Source of the DNA: Candidatus Latescibacterota bacterium
GTDB lineage: Bacteria; Latescibacterota; UBA2968
Direction of reading: 5' to 3'
DNA: 64,000 nt
Assembly (NCBI GenBank): GCA_965222605.1
Contig: OZ244960.1
Location: 960,001 to 1,024,000 of the forward strand
Numbering within the stretch: position 1 is the first letter of the stretch; each line of letters begins with the position of its first letter. Shown here in pieces: positions 28,152-38,117 of this stretch. The position numbers and the translations under genes are program-made. The notes below the pieces were generated by a model. That model saw only the letters and a list, made by a program, of their open reading frames with translations. It searched no databases and was not told where the DNA came from.

Positions 28152-31100
28152 ATGACTTCCTTCCGTGTTAAATTTTCCCCTCTCGCGCTCGGCACTGCCA
28201 TTTTGCTGAGCCTTCTTCTCTTGCTATTCCCCTGGTCGCTATCCACCCAGACCAGCAGCTTTTCCATTTCTCTGGATTTGGATAGCTCTGAAGGCGACCA
28301 GGCAGTATCCTCTCTCGATGTCTTTCCCAATCGCGTTGTTCCCATTCAAATCTTCGGCACGGATATCCAGGGGGCAAGCGATATTTCCCTGCGCTTTGAA
28401 TTCGATCCCACTCACATTGTTTACGAAGGATTTGATGCCGACGACATTTTGCCCAATGCACAGGTCCTTGCCGAGCAGAATACAAGCTCCGTCCAGATCA
28501 ACATCGCGTCAGATGGCGCAGCAACAGTGAACGCGGGGCTAATCGGCACAGTTCATTTTCGCACGACTGATGCGTTTTTAGAAACAGATATACGACTGGT
28601 GCGTGCGGAACTTATCCGGGATGAACAACCCGATACAGTGTCCTTATCCCTCAGCGTTGCCTTACTTTCTGCAGCATCTTCTCCGGACTTTGACAGGAGT
28701 GGGACGGTTGGTATTCCCGACTTTTTGCTCTTTGTCGATGCGTTTGGATCAAAGGAAGGCCAGGAACAGTATGACTCAAAATACGATCTGGATGGGAGTG
28801 GCGAGATTGGGATTCCCGATTTTCTGACCTTTGTCGATAGTTTCGGCAAAGAGGTAAACCGCATACCGGTCTTCACTTCAACGCCTCCCGTAACGCGCGC
28901 TATAGCTGAGAATACCCTATCCGGACAGCCCATAGGCGATCCCATCGTTGCAACCGATGCCGATGGTAATACCCTCACCTATCGTCTCAGTGGTGCCGAC
29001 GCAGATAGCTTTGCCATTGACGCGAGCACTGGACAACTTCAGACCAAAGGAAAGTATAACTTTGAACAAAAGAGCAGCTACTCCGTCATCGTGATCGTCA
29101 GCGATGGTGAGGGTGGCAGGTCCAGTCTTGTTGTGACCATCGCCATCACCGACATTGACGAACTGACTGGCACTGTGCCCTCGAATGTGGTGGTAGAAGA
29201 GGATGATAGCAAATTGATCGTGCGCTGGGATGCCGTGTTAGATGAGGAAGGCAAGCCACCTGTCATAGGTTATGAGGTCGGTTATCGGGAGCGCCCAGAC
29301 CCTTTCGATGCGCCACAAGAGAATAGCAATGAATGGAAAGGTATTCAACGTGTCAGCAGTCAGTTGGATAGCCTGATCATCACGGGACTGCTCAACGGCC
29401 AGGCGTATTTGGTGAGCGTCCGCACGCTCGTCGATGGGGGCATGAGTGCGTGGTCCTCGCCCGTTTTAGGCATCCCAGTGATACCGGCAGCGGGGCCAGT
29501 ATTTCCGGGTGGTGGTGGCGGTGGTGGTGGCGGAGGAGGGGGTGGAGGGACGTCACCTCCGCCACGACCACAACCACCCCCACGACCACAGCCGCCGCCG
29601 TCCCCTCCTCCTCCGCCGCCGGGTCCTAATCAGGCTCCAACCTTCAACGACGGACCGAGCACCTCGCGCAGTGTGGCCGAAAACACAGCACCCAATCAAA
29701 ATATCCAGCATCCGGTCAGCGCCACCGATGCCGACCGTCACAGCCTGACCTATCGCCTCAGTGGAACTGATGCCAATTCCTTCACCATCATCGCAAGCAA
29801 CGGACAGCTTCGCACTCGATCAGGCGTCACCTACAACTACGAGGACAAGAATCGCTATGAGGTAACCGTAGAAGCAGACGATAATCGCGGTGGCACAGCC
29901 ACCATTGACGTAACCATCTATGTGGCCGACGTGAATGAACCACCCAGGGCACCGGCGAGACCACAAGTAGCGCCGGCTTCATCGACCAACCTGACCGTAA
30001 CCTGGACAGAGCCGACAAACACCGGTCCCGACATTGACGACTACGACATCCAATACCGGACAGGCAGTGGCAACTTCCTGCCCAGGCCACACAACAACAC
30101 TGGCACAACCACAACCATCACAGACCTTGAGGTGAACACGCGCTACGAAGTGCAGGTGAAGGCGCACAACGATGAAGGCGAAAGCCTGTGGTCATCTTCG
30201 GGCTTCGGGACCACCAGTGCCAACCAGCCGCCGGTATTCGACGAAACCGCGCCAACAACGCGCAATGTGGTCGAAAACACCACAGGGACACGCAACATCG
30301 GCAGCCCGATAAGAGCAACCGATCCCGAGGGACGCACAGTGAGCTACAGCCTTGTAGGCGGAGATACGGGTCAATTCACCATCGTCTCAAGCAACGGTCA
30401 GCTTCGCACACAAACCGGCGCTGATTACAACTATGAAGTGAAAAATCGCTATTCGGTCAGGGTAGAAGCAGCGGACGATCAGGGCGGACGGGCGACCATC
30501 ACAGTGACGATTGACATAATCGATGACGACAGCGAACGACCAGAAAGACCCGACCAGCCGACCGTGACAGCCTCAACACTGAATAGCCTATCCATTCGAT
30601 GGACGGCTCCGTCCAATCCCGGTCCCAACATCAACGACTACGATGTGCAATACAGCGAGAACGGCGGTGCGTTTACCGACTGGCCGCACACCGGTCCCGG
30701 CACGAGCACGACCATCACCAGCTTGACGGCCAACACGCCCTACCAGGTGCAGGTGCTGGCGCGCAGTCCCGAAGGCGAGAGCCTGTGGTCCCAATCAGTT
30801 GACGCGAGGACCACTGCCAATCAGGCCCCCACCTTCAACGAAGGTTCGCGCACCACGCGCCGTATAGCCGAGAATACGACAGGCACCCAGGACATCGGCA
30901 ACCCAATAATCGCCACCGACCGCGACGGAGGGACACTGAGCTACCGCCTCGAAGGCACGGACCAGGCCTCCTTCACCATCGACGACAACCAGCTTCAGAC
31001 CCTATCGGGTGAGACCTATGACTACGAGGAGAAGAACAGCTATGAAGTGACAGTGCGCGTAGAAGACGGTCAGGGCGGCAGCAATACTATTGTGGTCACG

Positions 31101-34100
31101 ATTAACCTGAACGACGAACAAGAACCACCCGAGACCCCAGACCCTCCCAGCGTCTCAGCAGCCTCTTCCACCAGCCTGACAGTAACCTGGGACGAGCCGA
31201 CCAACACCGGTCCCGACATCAGCGACTACGATGTGCAATACCGCGAAGGCGACAGCGGAAACTTCACAGCCTGGACACACAACAGCGCAGACCGCACCGC
31301 AACCATCACTGGTCGGACTCCGGACACGAGCTATGAGGTGCAGGTGAAGGCACGCAACGCCGAAGGCACGAGCGATTGGTCCGACTCGGGCACGGGAAGC
31401 ACCAGTGCCAATGGGCTACCAGTATTCACCGATGGATCGAGTGCCACGCGCAGCCTATCAGAAAACACGACAGGCGTCCAGAACATCGGCGATCCAGTCA
31501 GTGCCACCGACCCCGAGAACACCACGCTGACCTATAGCCTCGAAGGCACGGACGCAGATGCCTTCACCTTTGACACACGCAGCGGTCAGTTCCGCACCAA
31601 ATCGGGGGAAACCTACGATTACGAGACACAGTCCCGCTATTTTGTGAGAGTGAAAGCATCCGATGGGCATAGCGGTGATCGCACCATCTCTGTATTCATC
31701 GATCTGACCGACATCAACGAAGCCCCCACATTTACCAGCGACGCGGCCTTCGATGCTGCGGAAAATAACCAGTTCGCTGGCCGGGTAGATGTAGAAGATG
31801 TCGATAGTGCTGACCGCATCACCGACTACACCATCACCGGCGGTGCTGACCGTGACCTGCTCGAGATCAATAGCGGAGGTGTATTGACCTTCAAGGATGC
31901 CCCCAACTTTGAAAATCCCACGGACAGTGGCAGAAACAACTCATACATCGTGGTGGTCACAGTAACCGGTGGCACGGGAGGCCGCGCAATGACCGCAGCG
32001 CAGACGATCACCGTCACCGTCACCGACGAGAACGAACCGCCGCACTTCACCAGCGACGATGCCTTCATGGTCAAAGAAAATAACAAGCTTGTCGGCAGGA
32101 TGGCTGCCGATGATATCGACAGAGACGATAGCATCACTGGCTACGAAGTCACTGGTGGGGCTGACCAGAACGAGTTTGAGATCAAAAATACAAGGGAGTT
32201 GCACTTCAAAGACGATCCCGATTTCGAGGATCCCACGGACTCTGGTAGCAACAACGAATACATCGTGGAGGTCACAGCGACTGGCGGCGCGGACACGCGA
32301 GCACGCACAGTAACGCAGGAGATAACCGTCACTGTAGAGAACGACGACGAACCGCCCGGCAAGCCCGATCCCCCCACGGTGAGCGACGAAACGGAAAATA
32401 GCCTGACCGTGACCTGGACAGCACCGACCAATACCGGTCCCGATATCACGAACTACCTTGTGCAATACCGCAGCGGCGGTTCATTCACTACCTGGTCCGA
32501 CAGCAGCTTGACCATACCCCGCACGATCACCGGACTGCGCTCGGGCAGGACCTATCAGATTCAAGTGCAAGCCAAGAATGACGAAGGAAATGGTTTGTGG
32601 TCCAATTCGGGTAGCGGAACCACGCTTACTGCGCCGACGGTATCGAGTGTTGTGTTCACCTCTACCCCGGCCTCGGGCCAGAACAACACCTATAAGCTGA
32701 ACGACATAATTGACGTAACCGTGACCTTCAACGAAGCGGTAACAGTCACTAACACGCCGCAGATTGACCTGACAATTGGCTCCACTGTGCGTCAAGCCGA
32801 CTATCAAAGCGGCTCGACCACGACCCAACTCCTCTTCCAATACACCGTGCAGAACACCGACGATGATACCAATGGCGCAAGCATCAACGCCAATGGCCTC
32901 AAACTCAACGGCGGGCGCATCCGCAGAAACGGTACTGCCATAAACGCGGACCTGGTACACTCAGCGCGCACCAATCAATCCAGCCACAAGGTCGATGGCG
33001 TTGCCCCGGCACTTACCGAAGCAGAAGTAAAGGACGACGAGTTGACACTGAGCTACGAAGAGGTGATTGACAGCAGTTCGAGACCGGCGACCGGCGACTT
33101 TGCGGTTACCGTAGATGGCACGGCGAGGAGCGTCTCTACGGTTGCGATGCGCAGTAGCGAGGTGGAACTCACCCTCGCCTCGGCCGTAACATCGGGCCAG
33201 ACGGTAAGACTGTCCTACACACCTGGAACCAACCCGATTCGTGACCGGGCGCGAAACCCGGCCATCGCGCTCACAAACCTGACGGTGGCAAACCGAACTC
33301 AGGACCCGACCATCAATGTCTGCAACCGCACCACGCAGGTGCGCGACGCGATCGTAAATGCATCTCCCGTAAGCACTTGCGGTGCTGTCACGGCGGATCA
33401 TCTATCTGCTATCACCCTCCTCTCCCTGTATGACGAAAACATCTCGACGCTGAAAGCCGACGACTTTTCCGGGCTGACGAACCTGAAGGGACTCTCTCTG
33501 AGAGACAACAATCTCAGCAGCCTACCGGCGAATATCTTCTCCGACCTGTCGGCACTGGAAGGACTCTCTCTGTCCAGTAACAAACTCAGTAGCCTAAATG
33601 CGAATATCTTTTCCAATCTATCGGCACTGGAAGAACTCTCTCTTAGGGAGAATGAACTCAGCAGTCTGGATGAGAATATCTTCTCCGGCTTGACAGCACT
33701 GGAAGCACTTTCTCTATCCAGTAACAAACTCAGCAGCCTGGATGCAAATATCTTCTCAAGCTTGACAGCACTGGAATTACTCCACCTGTACAGCAACGAA
33801 CTCAGCAGTCTGGATGAGAATATCTTTTCCGACCTAACGGCACTGAAAGAACTCTCTCTATCCCGTAACAAACTCAACAGCCTGGATGCAAATATCTTCT
33901 CCGACCTGTCGGCACTGGAATTACTCTACCTGTACAGCAACGAACTCAGCAGTCTGGATACGAATATCTTTTCCGACCTATCTGCACTGAAAGAACTCCA
34001 CCTGTACAGCAACGAACTCAGCAGTCTGGATACGAATATCTTCTCCAATCTGTCGGCACTGGAAGAACTCCACCTGGATAGAAACGAACTCAGCAGCCTG

Positions 34101-37100
34101 CCGGCGAATATCTTTTCCAATCTGTCGGCACTGGAAGAACTCTACCTGGAGGAAAACGACCTCAGCAGCCTGAATGCAAACACGTTTTCGGGTCTGACAG
34201 CACTGAAAACACTCTGGCTTTACGGAAACGATCTGCAATCAACCTCCTTACCGACGGGTGTATTTTTCAGCTTGACAGCACTTGAAATCCTCCGCCTGGA
34301 CGAAAACCAGCTCAGCAGCCTGCCGACAAATCTCTTTTCCGGGCTGTCATCGCTTCAAGAACTCTATCTCAACGACCAACAATCCGGTCACAAACTCAGC
34401 AGCCTGGATGCGAACATATTTTCTGGCCTCACCGCGCTGATAGCACTCCACCTGGACGACAACAACCTCAGTAGCTTGCCCAATGGCGTATTCTCCGGAC
34501 TGACTGAGCTGACAACGCTCAAACTATCGGGCAACACGGTTGATCCCCTGCCCATTACCATCGCCCTGGAATCAATTACCAGCGGTATATTCAGAGCTAA
34601 AGCACACACTGGTGCGCCCTTTGCAATGACCCTGCCACTCCAGGTGATCAATGGCACCATTGACGGCGGCGCAAGCAGCATAGAAATCTCCCAGGGCAGT
34701 GAGGAAAGCAATATCCTCACCGTATCTCGCATGGCCGGCACCACCGCTGCCGTCACAGTTGACATCGGAACATTGCCAGACTTGCCTCCTAACGACAGCG
34801 GCTACGCACTCGTCAAATCCACTGACTTGCCACTGGAAGTGATAGAAGGGCAACCAGGCGTGACAGTATATCCGACGGCGTTGACCATACCAGAGGGCAA
34901 CAGCGACCTGTACACGGTGATTCTGACCTCGCAACCGACCGCCAACGTGACCGTCACAGTGACCGTGCCGACAAATTCGGATCTTTCCGTGAATTCAACA
35001 AGCCTGACGTTCACAGCGGATACCTGGAACATGTCGCAAGCAGTGACCGTCACCACAAACGCCGACACAGATAACACGGATGACACGGTCACGCTGAGCC
35101 ACTCGGTAAGCGGTGGGAACTATCAGAGCGTGACCGCGGAAAACGTGACTGTAACCATTCCAGAGACGGATGTCAGCACCAACAATCGGCCGGTATTCAC
35201 CAGTGCCAATATATTTGATGTAAAGGAAAACGAAACCGAGGTCGGCACGGTGGTCGCCACAGATGCCGATGAGAGAGATTACATCACGGGCTATGAGATT
35301 ACCGGCGGTGCCGCTCAGGCGCAATTCTCAATCACGAGTGGGGGGGTATTGACCTTTGTGTCCGCCCCCGACTATGAACGGCCACCCACCACCGCGAGCA
35401 ATAACAGATATGTCATCGTAGTCACTGCGACCAGCGGCACGGGCACCCGGGAACGGACAAGGACTCAGACGATAACCGTCGTCGTAGATGACGACGACGA
35501 ACCGCCGGGACAGCCGCCAGCACCGATACTAACTGTTGTCAGCAGTTTATTACGGGCTATCCTAGTAACGCCAGATCGAAGCCCGCCGACAAATACGGGT
35601 CCTGACATTACCGTCTGGGAAATTCAGTATCGCGTCAAGAACACCGGCGACTTCAAAAGCTTCACCCTGGACTCGGACCCGGACTGGACGGTGGTGATCT
35701 CGGGATTGAATAAAGACACGACATACGAAGTGCAGGTGCGGGCGAAGAACGACGAGGGGGAGAGCGAGTGGTCTCCCTCAGCCGAGGCGACGATTTCCAA
35801 TACCTCGCCGATAGCCAGCAGCATCGACGATGTGACGATACCAGTGGGAGGTGCTGTCGAGGTCGTGTCCGTTGATGACGCGTTCGACGATCCCGACGAT
35901 TACCTCCTGCGATATACGGCATCGTCGAGCAACAGTACTGTCGCGACCGTGCAGGTGATCGGTGCCGAGGTCCGGATCGATCCACTATCCGTCGGCACTG
36001 CGACCATTACCGTAACGGTGACCGATCCCTGGAGCGCGACCGCCTCGACAACCTTCGATGCGAATATCCAGACGCCGACCTTATCTGCTCCCACCCTGAG
36101 CATCAGCGGCAACCTCTTCACTTTTGGATTCACCGATAACTTCGCGGCCAACGAAACCCGGGCGTATCAGATCAGAATCCGGCGAAAGACGCCTATCGAA
36201 CCGTGGGCTACAGGGTGCTATACCGAAACAAACGATGAAGATTCTCCCAAAGCTATTACAGTAACGCTACAGAGCCTGGTATCCGATTTCTTCGAGCCTG
36301 GTACCACTTATGAGGCGGATTATGGATACCTCGGCACGGATTGTGGAAGCAGCGTAATGGGCGTTCGCTCCGCGACTGCCGAAGCGACGACCATCGGAAC
36401 GCCTTCCTTCAATATCGACCTCGTCTTTGTCGGCAGCATATCCTCGAAGTACCAGTCGGCATTTGAAACCGCTGCACAGCGTTGGGAGAGGATCATCGCG
36501 GACGATATCCCCAACCATCGTTTGTCCAGTAGCCGTCGCAGCCTGTTGAACAGGCTTTATCCGGGAACCACCGCTCCCGAAGTTGTCGATGATCTGGTGG
36601 TCTATGTGGAAATCGTTGAAATTGACGGAGATGGAGGCACACTCGGACAGGCAGGACGGAAGGTGTGGCGCGTTCCGTCCTCCCTGCCAATCGCATCCGG
36701 AATAGAGCTTGACAAAGACGACGTCGGCACAATGTCGAATGCAAAACTGGCAGACCTCATTCTGCACGAGATGGGCCACACTCTGGGATTCGGCCTTGGA
36801 TCGTGGGAAGATCTCAACCTGCTGCAGAACCCGTCCCTCGACGCGAATGACGACCCCATTGTTCCAGCGCCCGATACGCATTTCTCGGGTGCAAACGCGA
36901 TTGCGGCTTTCAATGATGCCGGCGGATCGAGCTACACGGGCGAGAAAGTACCAGTGGAGAACACGTACGGAGGATCGGGCAGCCAGGATTCTCACTGGCG
37001 GGAATCCGTGCTCGGCAACGAACTCATGACGCCCAGGCTCGCCGGGGCTGTTTCCTTCCCGTTGAGCGCGATCACAATCCAGTCGCTCGCCGATATAGGC

Positions 37101-37274
37101 TACCGCGTCAATGTCACACGAGCCGACGCGTACACCCTGCCTTCGACTTCCTCTATTCGCGGGACAAGGGCATCAGAGGGTCGCCCGATCAACTGCACCA
37201 TCATAACGCACCCCGACGCCGGACCAGATGAGCCAGAACCTATCATCCTGAATTTACAGCCGGCGGGTAACTAA
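28152..37274 (+). CDS. 3040-aa secreted/surface protein: cohesin-like, dockerin/EF-hand, cadherin, FN3, LRR, Ig-like and M8 (leishmanolysin-like) metallopeptidase domains
   Basis: Signal peptide, DFDRSGTVGIPDF/YDLDGSGEIGIPDF pair, ATDAD...YNFE cadherin motifs and YEVQVKA.N.EG FN3 motifs. About 16 24-aa LRRs. LHEMGH...SHWRE...ELMTP peptidase motifs. Confidence 0.9.
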   Translation: MTSFRVKFSPLALGTAILLSLLLLLFPWSLSTQTSSFSISLDLDSSEGDQAVSSLDVFPNRVVPIQIFGTDIQGASDISLRFEFDPTHIVYEGFDADDILPNAQVLAEQNTSSVQINIASDGAATVNAGLIGTVHFRTTDAFLETDIRLVRAELIRDEQPDTVSLSLSVALLSAASSPDFDRSGTVGIPDFLLFVDAFGSKEGQEQYDSKYDLDGSGEIGIPDFLTFVDSFGKEVNRIPVFTSTPPVTRAIAENTLSGQPIGDPIVATDADGNTLTYRLSGADADSFAIDASTGQLQTKGKYNFEQKSSYSVIVIVSDGEGGRSSLVVTIAITDIDELTGTVPSNVVVEEDDSKLIVRWDAVLDEEGKPPVIGYEVGYRERPDPFDAPQENSNEWKGIQRVSSQLDSLIITGLLNGQAYLVSVRTLVDGGMSAWSSPVLGIPVIPAAGPVFPGGGGGGGGGGGGGGTSPPPRPQPPPRPQPPPSPPPPPPGPNQAPTFNDGPSTSRSVAENTAPNQNIQHPVSATDADRHSLTYRLSGTDANSFTIIASNGQLRTRSGVTYNYEDKNRYEVTVEADDNRGGTATIDVTIYVADVNEPPRAPARPQVAPASSTNLTVTWTEPTNTGPDIDDYDIQYRTGSGNFLPRPHNNTGTTTTITDLEVNTRYEVQVKAHNDEGESLWSSSGFGTTSANQPPVFDETAPTTRNVVENTTGTRNIGSPIRATDPEGRTVSYSLVGGDTGQFTIVSSNGQLRTQTGADYNYEVKNRYSVRVEAADDQGGRATITVTIDIIDDDSERPERPDQPTVTASTLNSLSIRWTAPSNPGPNINDYDVQYSENGGAFTDWPHTGPGTSTTITSLTANTPYQVQVLARSPEGESLWSQSVDARTTANQAPTFNEGSRTTRRIAENTTGTQDIGNPIIATDRDGGTLSYRLEGTDQASFTIDDNQLQTLSGETYDYEEKNSYEVTVRVEDGQGGSNTIVVTINLNDEQEPPETPDPPSVSAASSTSLTVTWDEPTNTGPDISDYDVQYREGDSGNFTAWTHNSADRTATITGRTPDTSYEVQVKARNAEGTSDWSDSGTGSTSANGLPVFTDGSSATRSLSENTTGVQNIGDPVSATDPENTTLTYSLEGTDADAFTFDTRSGQFRTKSGETYDYETQSRYFVRVKASDGHSGDRTISVFIDLTDINEAPTFTSDAAFDAAENNQFAGRVDVEDVDSADRITDYTITGGADRDLLEINSGGVLTFKDAPNFENPTDSGRNNSYIVVVTVTGGTGGRAMTAAQTITVTVTDENEPPHFTSDDAFMVKENNKLVGRMAADDIDRDDSITGYEVTGGADQNEFEIKNTRELHFKDDPDFEDPTDSGSNNEYIVEVTATGGADTRARTVTQEITVTVENDDEPPGKPDPPTVSDETENSLTVTWTAPTNTGPDITNYLVQYRSGGSFTTWSDSSLTIPRTITGLRSGRTYQIQVQAKNDEGNGLWSNSGSGTTLTAPTVSSVVFTSTPASGQNNTYKLNDIIDVTVTFNEAVTVTNTPQIDLTIGSTVRQADYQSGSTTTQLLFQYTVQNTDDDTNGASINANGLKLNGGRIRRNGTAINADLVHSARTNQSSHKVDGVAPALTEAEVKDDELTLSYEEVIDSSSRPATGDFAVTVDGTARSVSTVAMRSSEVELTLASAVTSGQTVRLSYTPGTNPIRDRARNPAIALTNLTVANRTQDPTINVCNRTTQVRDAIVNASPVSTCGAVTADHLSAITLLSLYDENISTLKADDFSGLTNLKGLSLRDNNLSSLPANIFSDLSALEGLSLSSNKLSSLNANIFSNLSALEELSLRENELSSLDENIFSGLTALEALSLSSNKLSSLDANIFSSLTALELLHLYSNELSSLDENIFSDLTALKELSLSRNKLNSLDANIFSDLSALELLYLYSNELSSLDTNIFSDLSALKELHLYSNELSSLDTNIFSNLSALEELHLDRNELSSLPANIFSNLSALEELYLEENDLSSLNANTFSGLTALKTLWLYGNDLQSTSLPTGVFFSLTALEILRLDENQLSSLPTNLFSGLSSLQELYLNDQQSGHKLSSLDANIFSGLTALIALHLDDNNLSSLPNGVFSGLTELTTLKLSGNTVDPLPITIALESITSGIFRAKAHTGAPFAMTLPLQVINGTIDGGASSIEISQGSEESNILTVSRMAGTTAAVTVDIGTLPDLPPNDSGYALVKSTDLPLEVIEGQPGVTVYPTALTIPEGNSDLYTVILTSQPTANVTVTVTVPTNSDLSVNSTSLTFTADTWNMSQAVTVTTNADTDNTDDTVTLSHSVSGGNYQSVTAENVTVTIPETDVSTNNRPVFTSANIFDVKENETEVGTVVATDADERDYITGYEITGGAAQAQFSITSGGVLTFVSAPDYERPPTTASNNRYVIVVTATSGTGTRERTRTQTITVVVDDDDEPPGQPPAPILTVVSSLLRAILVTPDRSPPTNTGPDITVWEIQYRVKNTGDFKSFTLDSDPDWTVVISGLNKDTTYEVQVRAKNDEGESEWSPSAEATISNTSPIASSIDDVTIPVGGAVEVVSVDDAFDDPDDYLLRYTASSSNSTVATVQVIGAEVRIDPLSVGTATITVTVTDPWSATASTTFDANIQTPTLSAPTLSISGNLFTFGFTDNFAANETRAYQIRIRRKTPIEPWATGCYTETNDEDSPKAITVTLQSLVSDFFEPGTTYEADYGYLGTDCGSSVMGVRSATAEATTIGTPSFNIDLVFVGSISSKYQSAFETAAQRWERIIADDIPNHRLSSSRRSLLNRLYPGTTAPEVVDDLVVYVEIVEIDGDGGTLGQAGRKVWRVPSSLPIASGIELDKDDVGTMSNAKLADLILHEMGHTLGFGLGSWEDLNLLQNPSLDANDDPIVPAPDTHFSGANAIAAFNDAGGSSYTGEKVPVENTYGGSGSQDSHWRESVLGNELMTPRLAGAVSFPLSAITIQSLADIGYRVNVTRADAYTLPSTSSIRGTRASEGRPINCTIITHPDAGPDEPEPIILNLQPAGN
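33402..34535 (+). repeat. Tandem 72-bp LRR-encoding repeats (about 16 units)
   Basis: Consensus LSALEELxLxxNELSSLDANIFSx with high nucleotide similarity between units. Confidence 0.9.
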
Positions 37275-37295
37275 TGTTACGCACGGACGCATTTC

Positions 37296-38093
37296 ATGGA
37301 TTATGCCAATATGAAACACCGCGTTAAAATATTCCCGCTCGCGCTCGGCACCACTATCTTGCTGAGCCTGATACTCTTATTTGCCCCGTGGTCTCTTTTT
37401 TCACAGAATAGTAGCCCCCCTTCCCAGGACTTTGACCGAAATGGGGTTGTGGGTATTCCCGATTTTTTGTTATTTGTTAGCGCGTTTGGAACTCGAGAGG
37501 GCCAGGACAAGTATGAGTCAACATACGACCTGGACGGCAATGGCGAAATTGGGATCCCCGATTTTCTGATCTTTGTCGATAACTTCGGCAAAGTGGTAAA
37601 ACACCTGCCGCCCACTTGCATGCCAACTTCCAATAGTCTGCACCCCAAAGTGACCCTATCGGACAGGGCTGGACAATACCAGCTAACGCTTGTGGAAGTG
37701 GTCAACGGCACCGACGCCCGCTCCGCGCAGGGTATGCTCACCCTGCGCCAGCAACCATCGGAACTCGACTCGCTGGGCAATGCAGCGACGCCATTGTACG
37801 GATTTACAGATGTAAATCTCCGCGCAGTCGGTGCTTATGAAGTCGGCGATCCCGATAGTGAAGACCCACAGGCACCGGGCGTTCTCGTACTCGAAAGCAG
37901 CCAAACTGGCGCACGCCGCATATTGTTGCGCCTCGGCGCAGACGCCAATCGGCGAGATGATGCGCTCTTCGACGGAGCTTACACAGTGCTGGAAGTACAT
38001 GAAATAGCCGCTGACGGTTTTGCAGGCAACTGGCGCAGTGGCCTGCGATTATCGCGTATCGAAGGCTACTTTTGCGCGAGAAAAGAATTCTAA
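37296..38093 (+). CDS. Secreted dockerin/EF-hand protein, N-terminus paralogous to the giant protein
   Basis: RVKIFPLALGTTILLSL signal and DFDRNGVVGIPDF...YDLDGNGEIGIPDF. Start may be ATG 37311. Confidence 0.75.
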   Translation: MDYANMKHRVKIFPLALGTTILLSLILLFAPWSLFSQNSSPPSQDFDRNGVVGIPDFLLFVSAFGTREGQDKYESTYDLDGNGEIGIPDFLIFVDNFGKVVKHLPPTCMPTSNSLHPKVTLSDRAGQYQLTLVEVVNGTDARSAQGMLTLRQQPSELDSLGNAATPLYGFTDVNLRAVGAYEVGDPDSEDPQAPGVLVLESSQTGARRILLRLGADANRRDDALFDGAYTVLEVHEIAADGFAGNWRSGLRLSRIEGYFCARKEF

Positions 38094-38117
38094 AAACAAC
38101 GTGAAAGCGAGGAATCT

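Noticed and set aside
33402-34535. Possible CRISPR array or DGR from regular repeats
   Set aside because: The repeats are in-frame 72-bp LRR codons without unique spacers. No cas or reverse transcriptase gene is present in the window.
28144-38110. Integrative element at tRNA-Leu
   Set aside because: No integrase and no duplicated tRNA 3' end found in the window.
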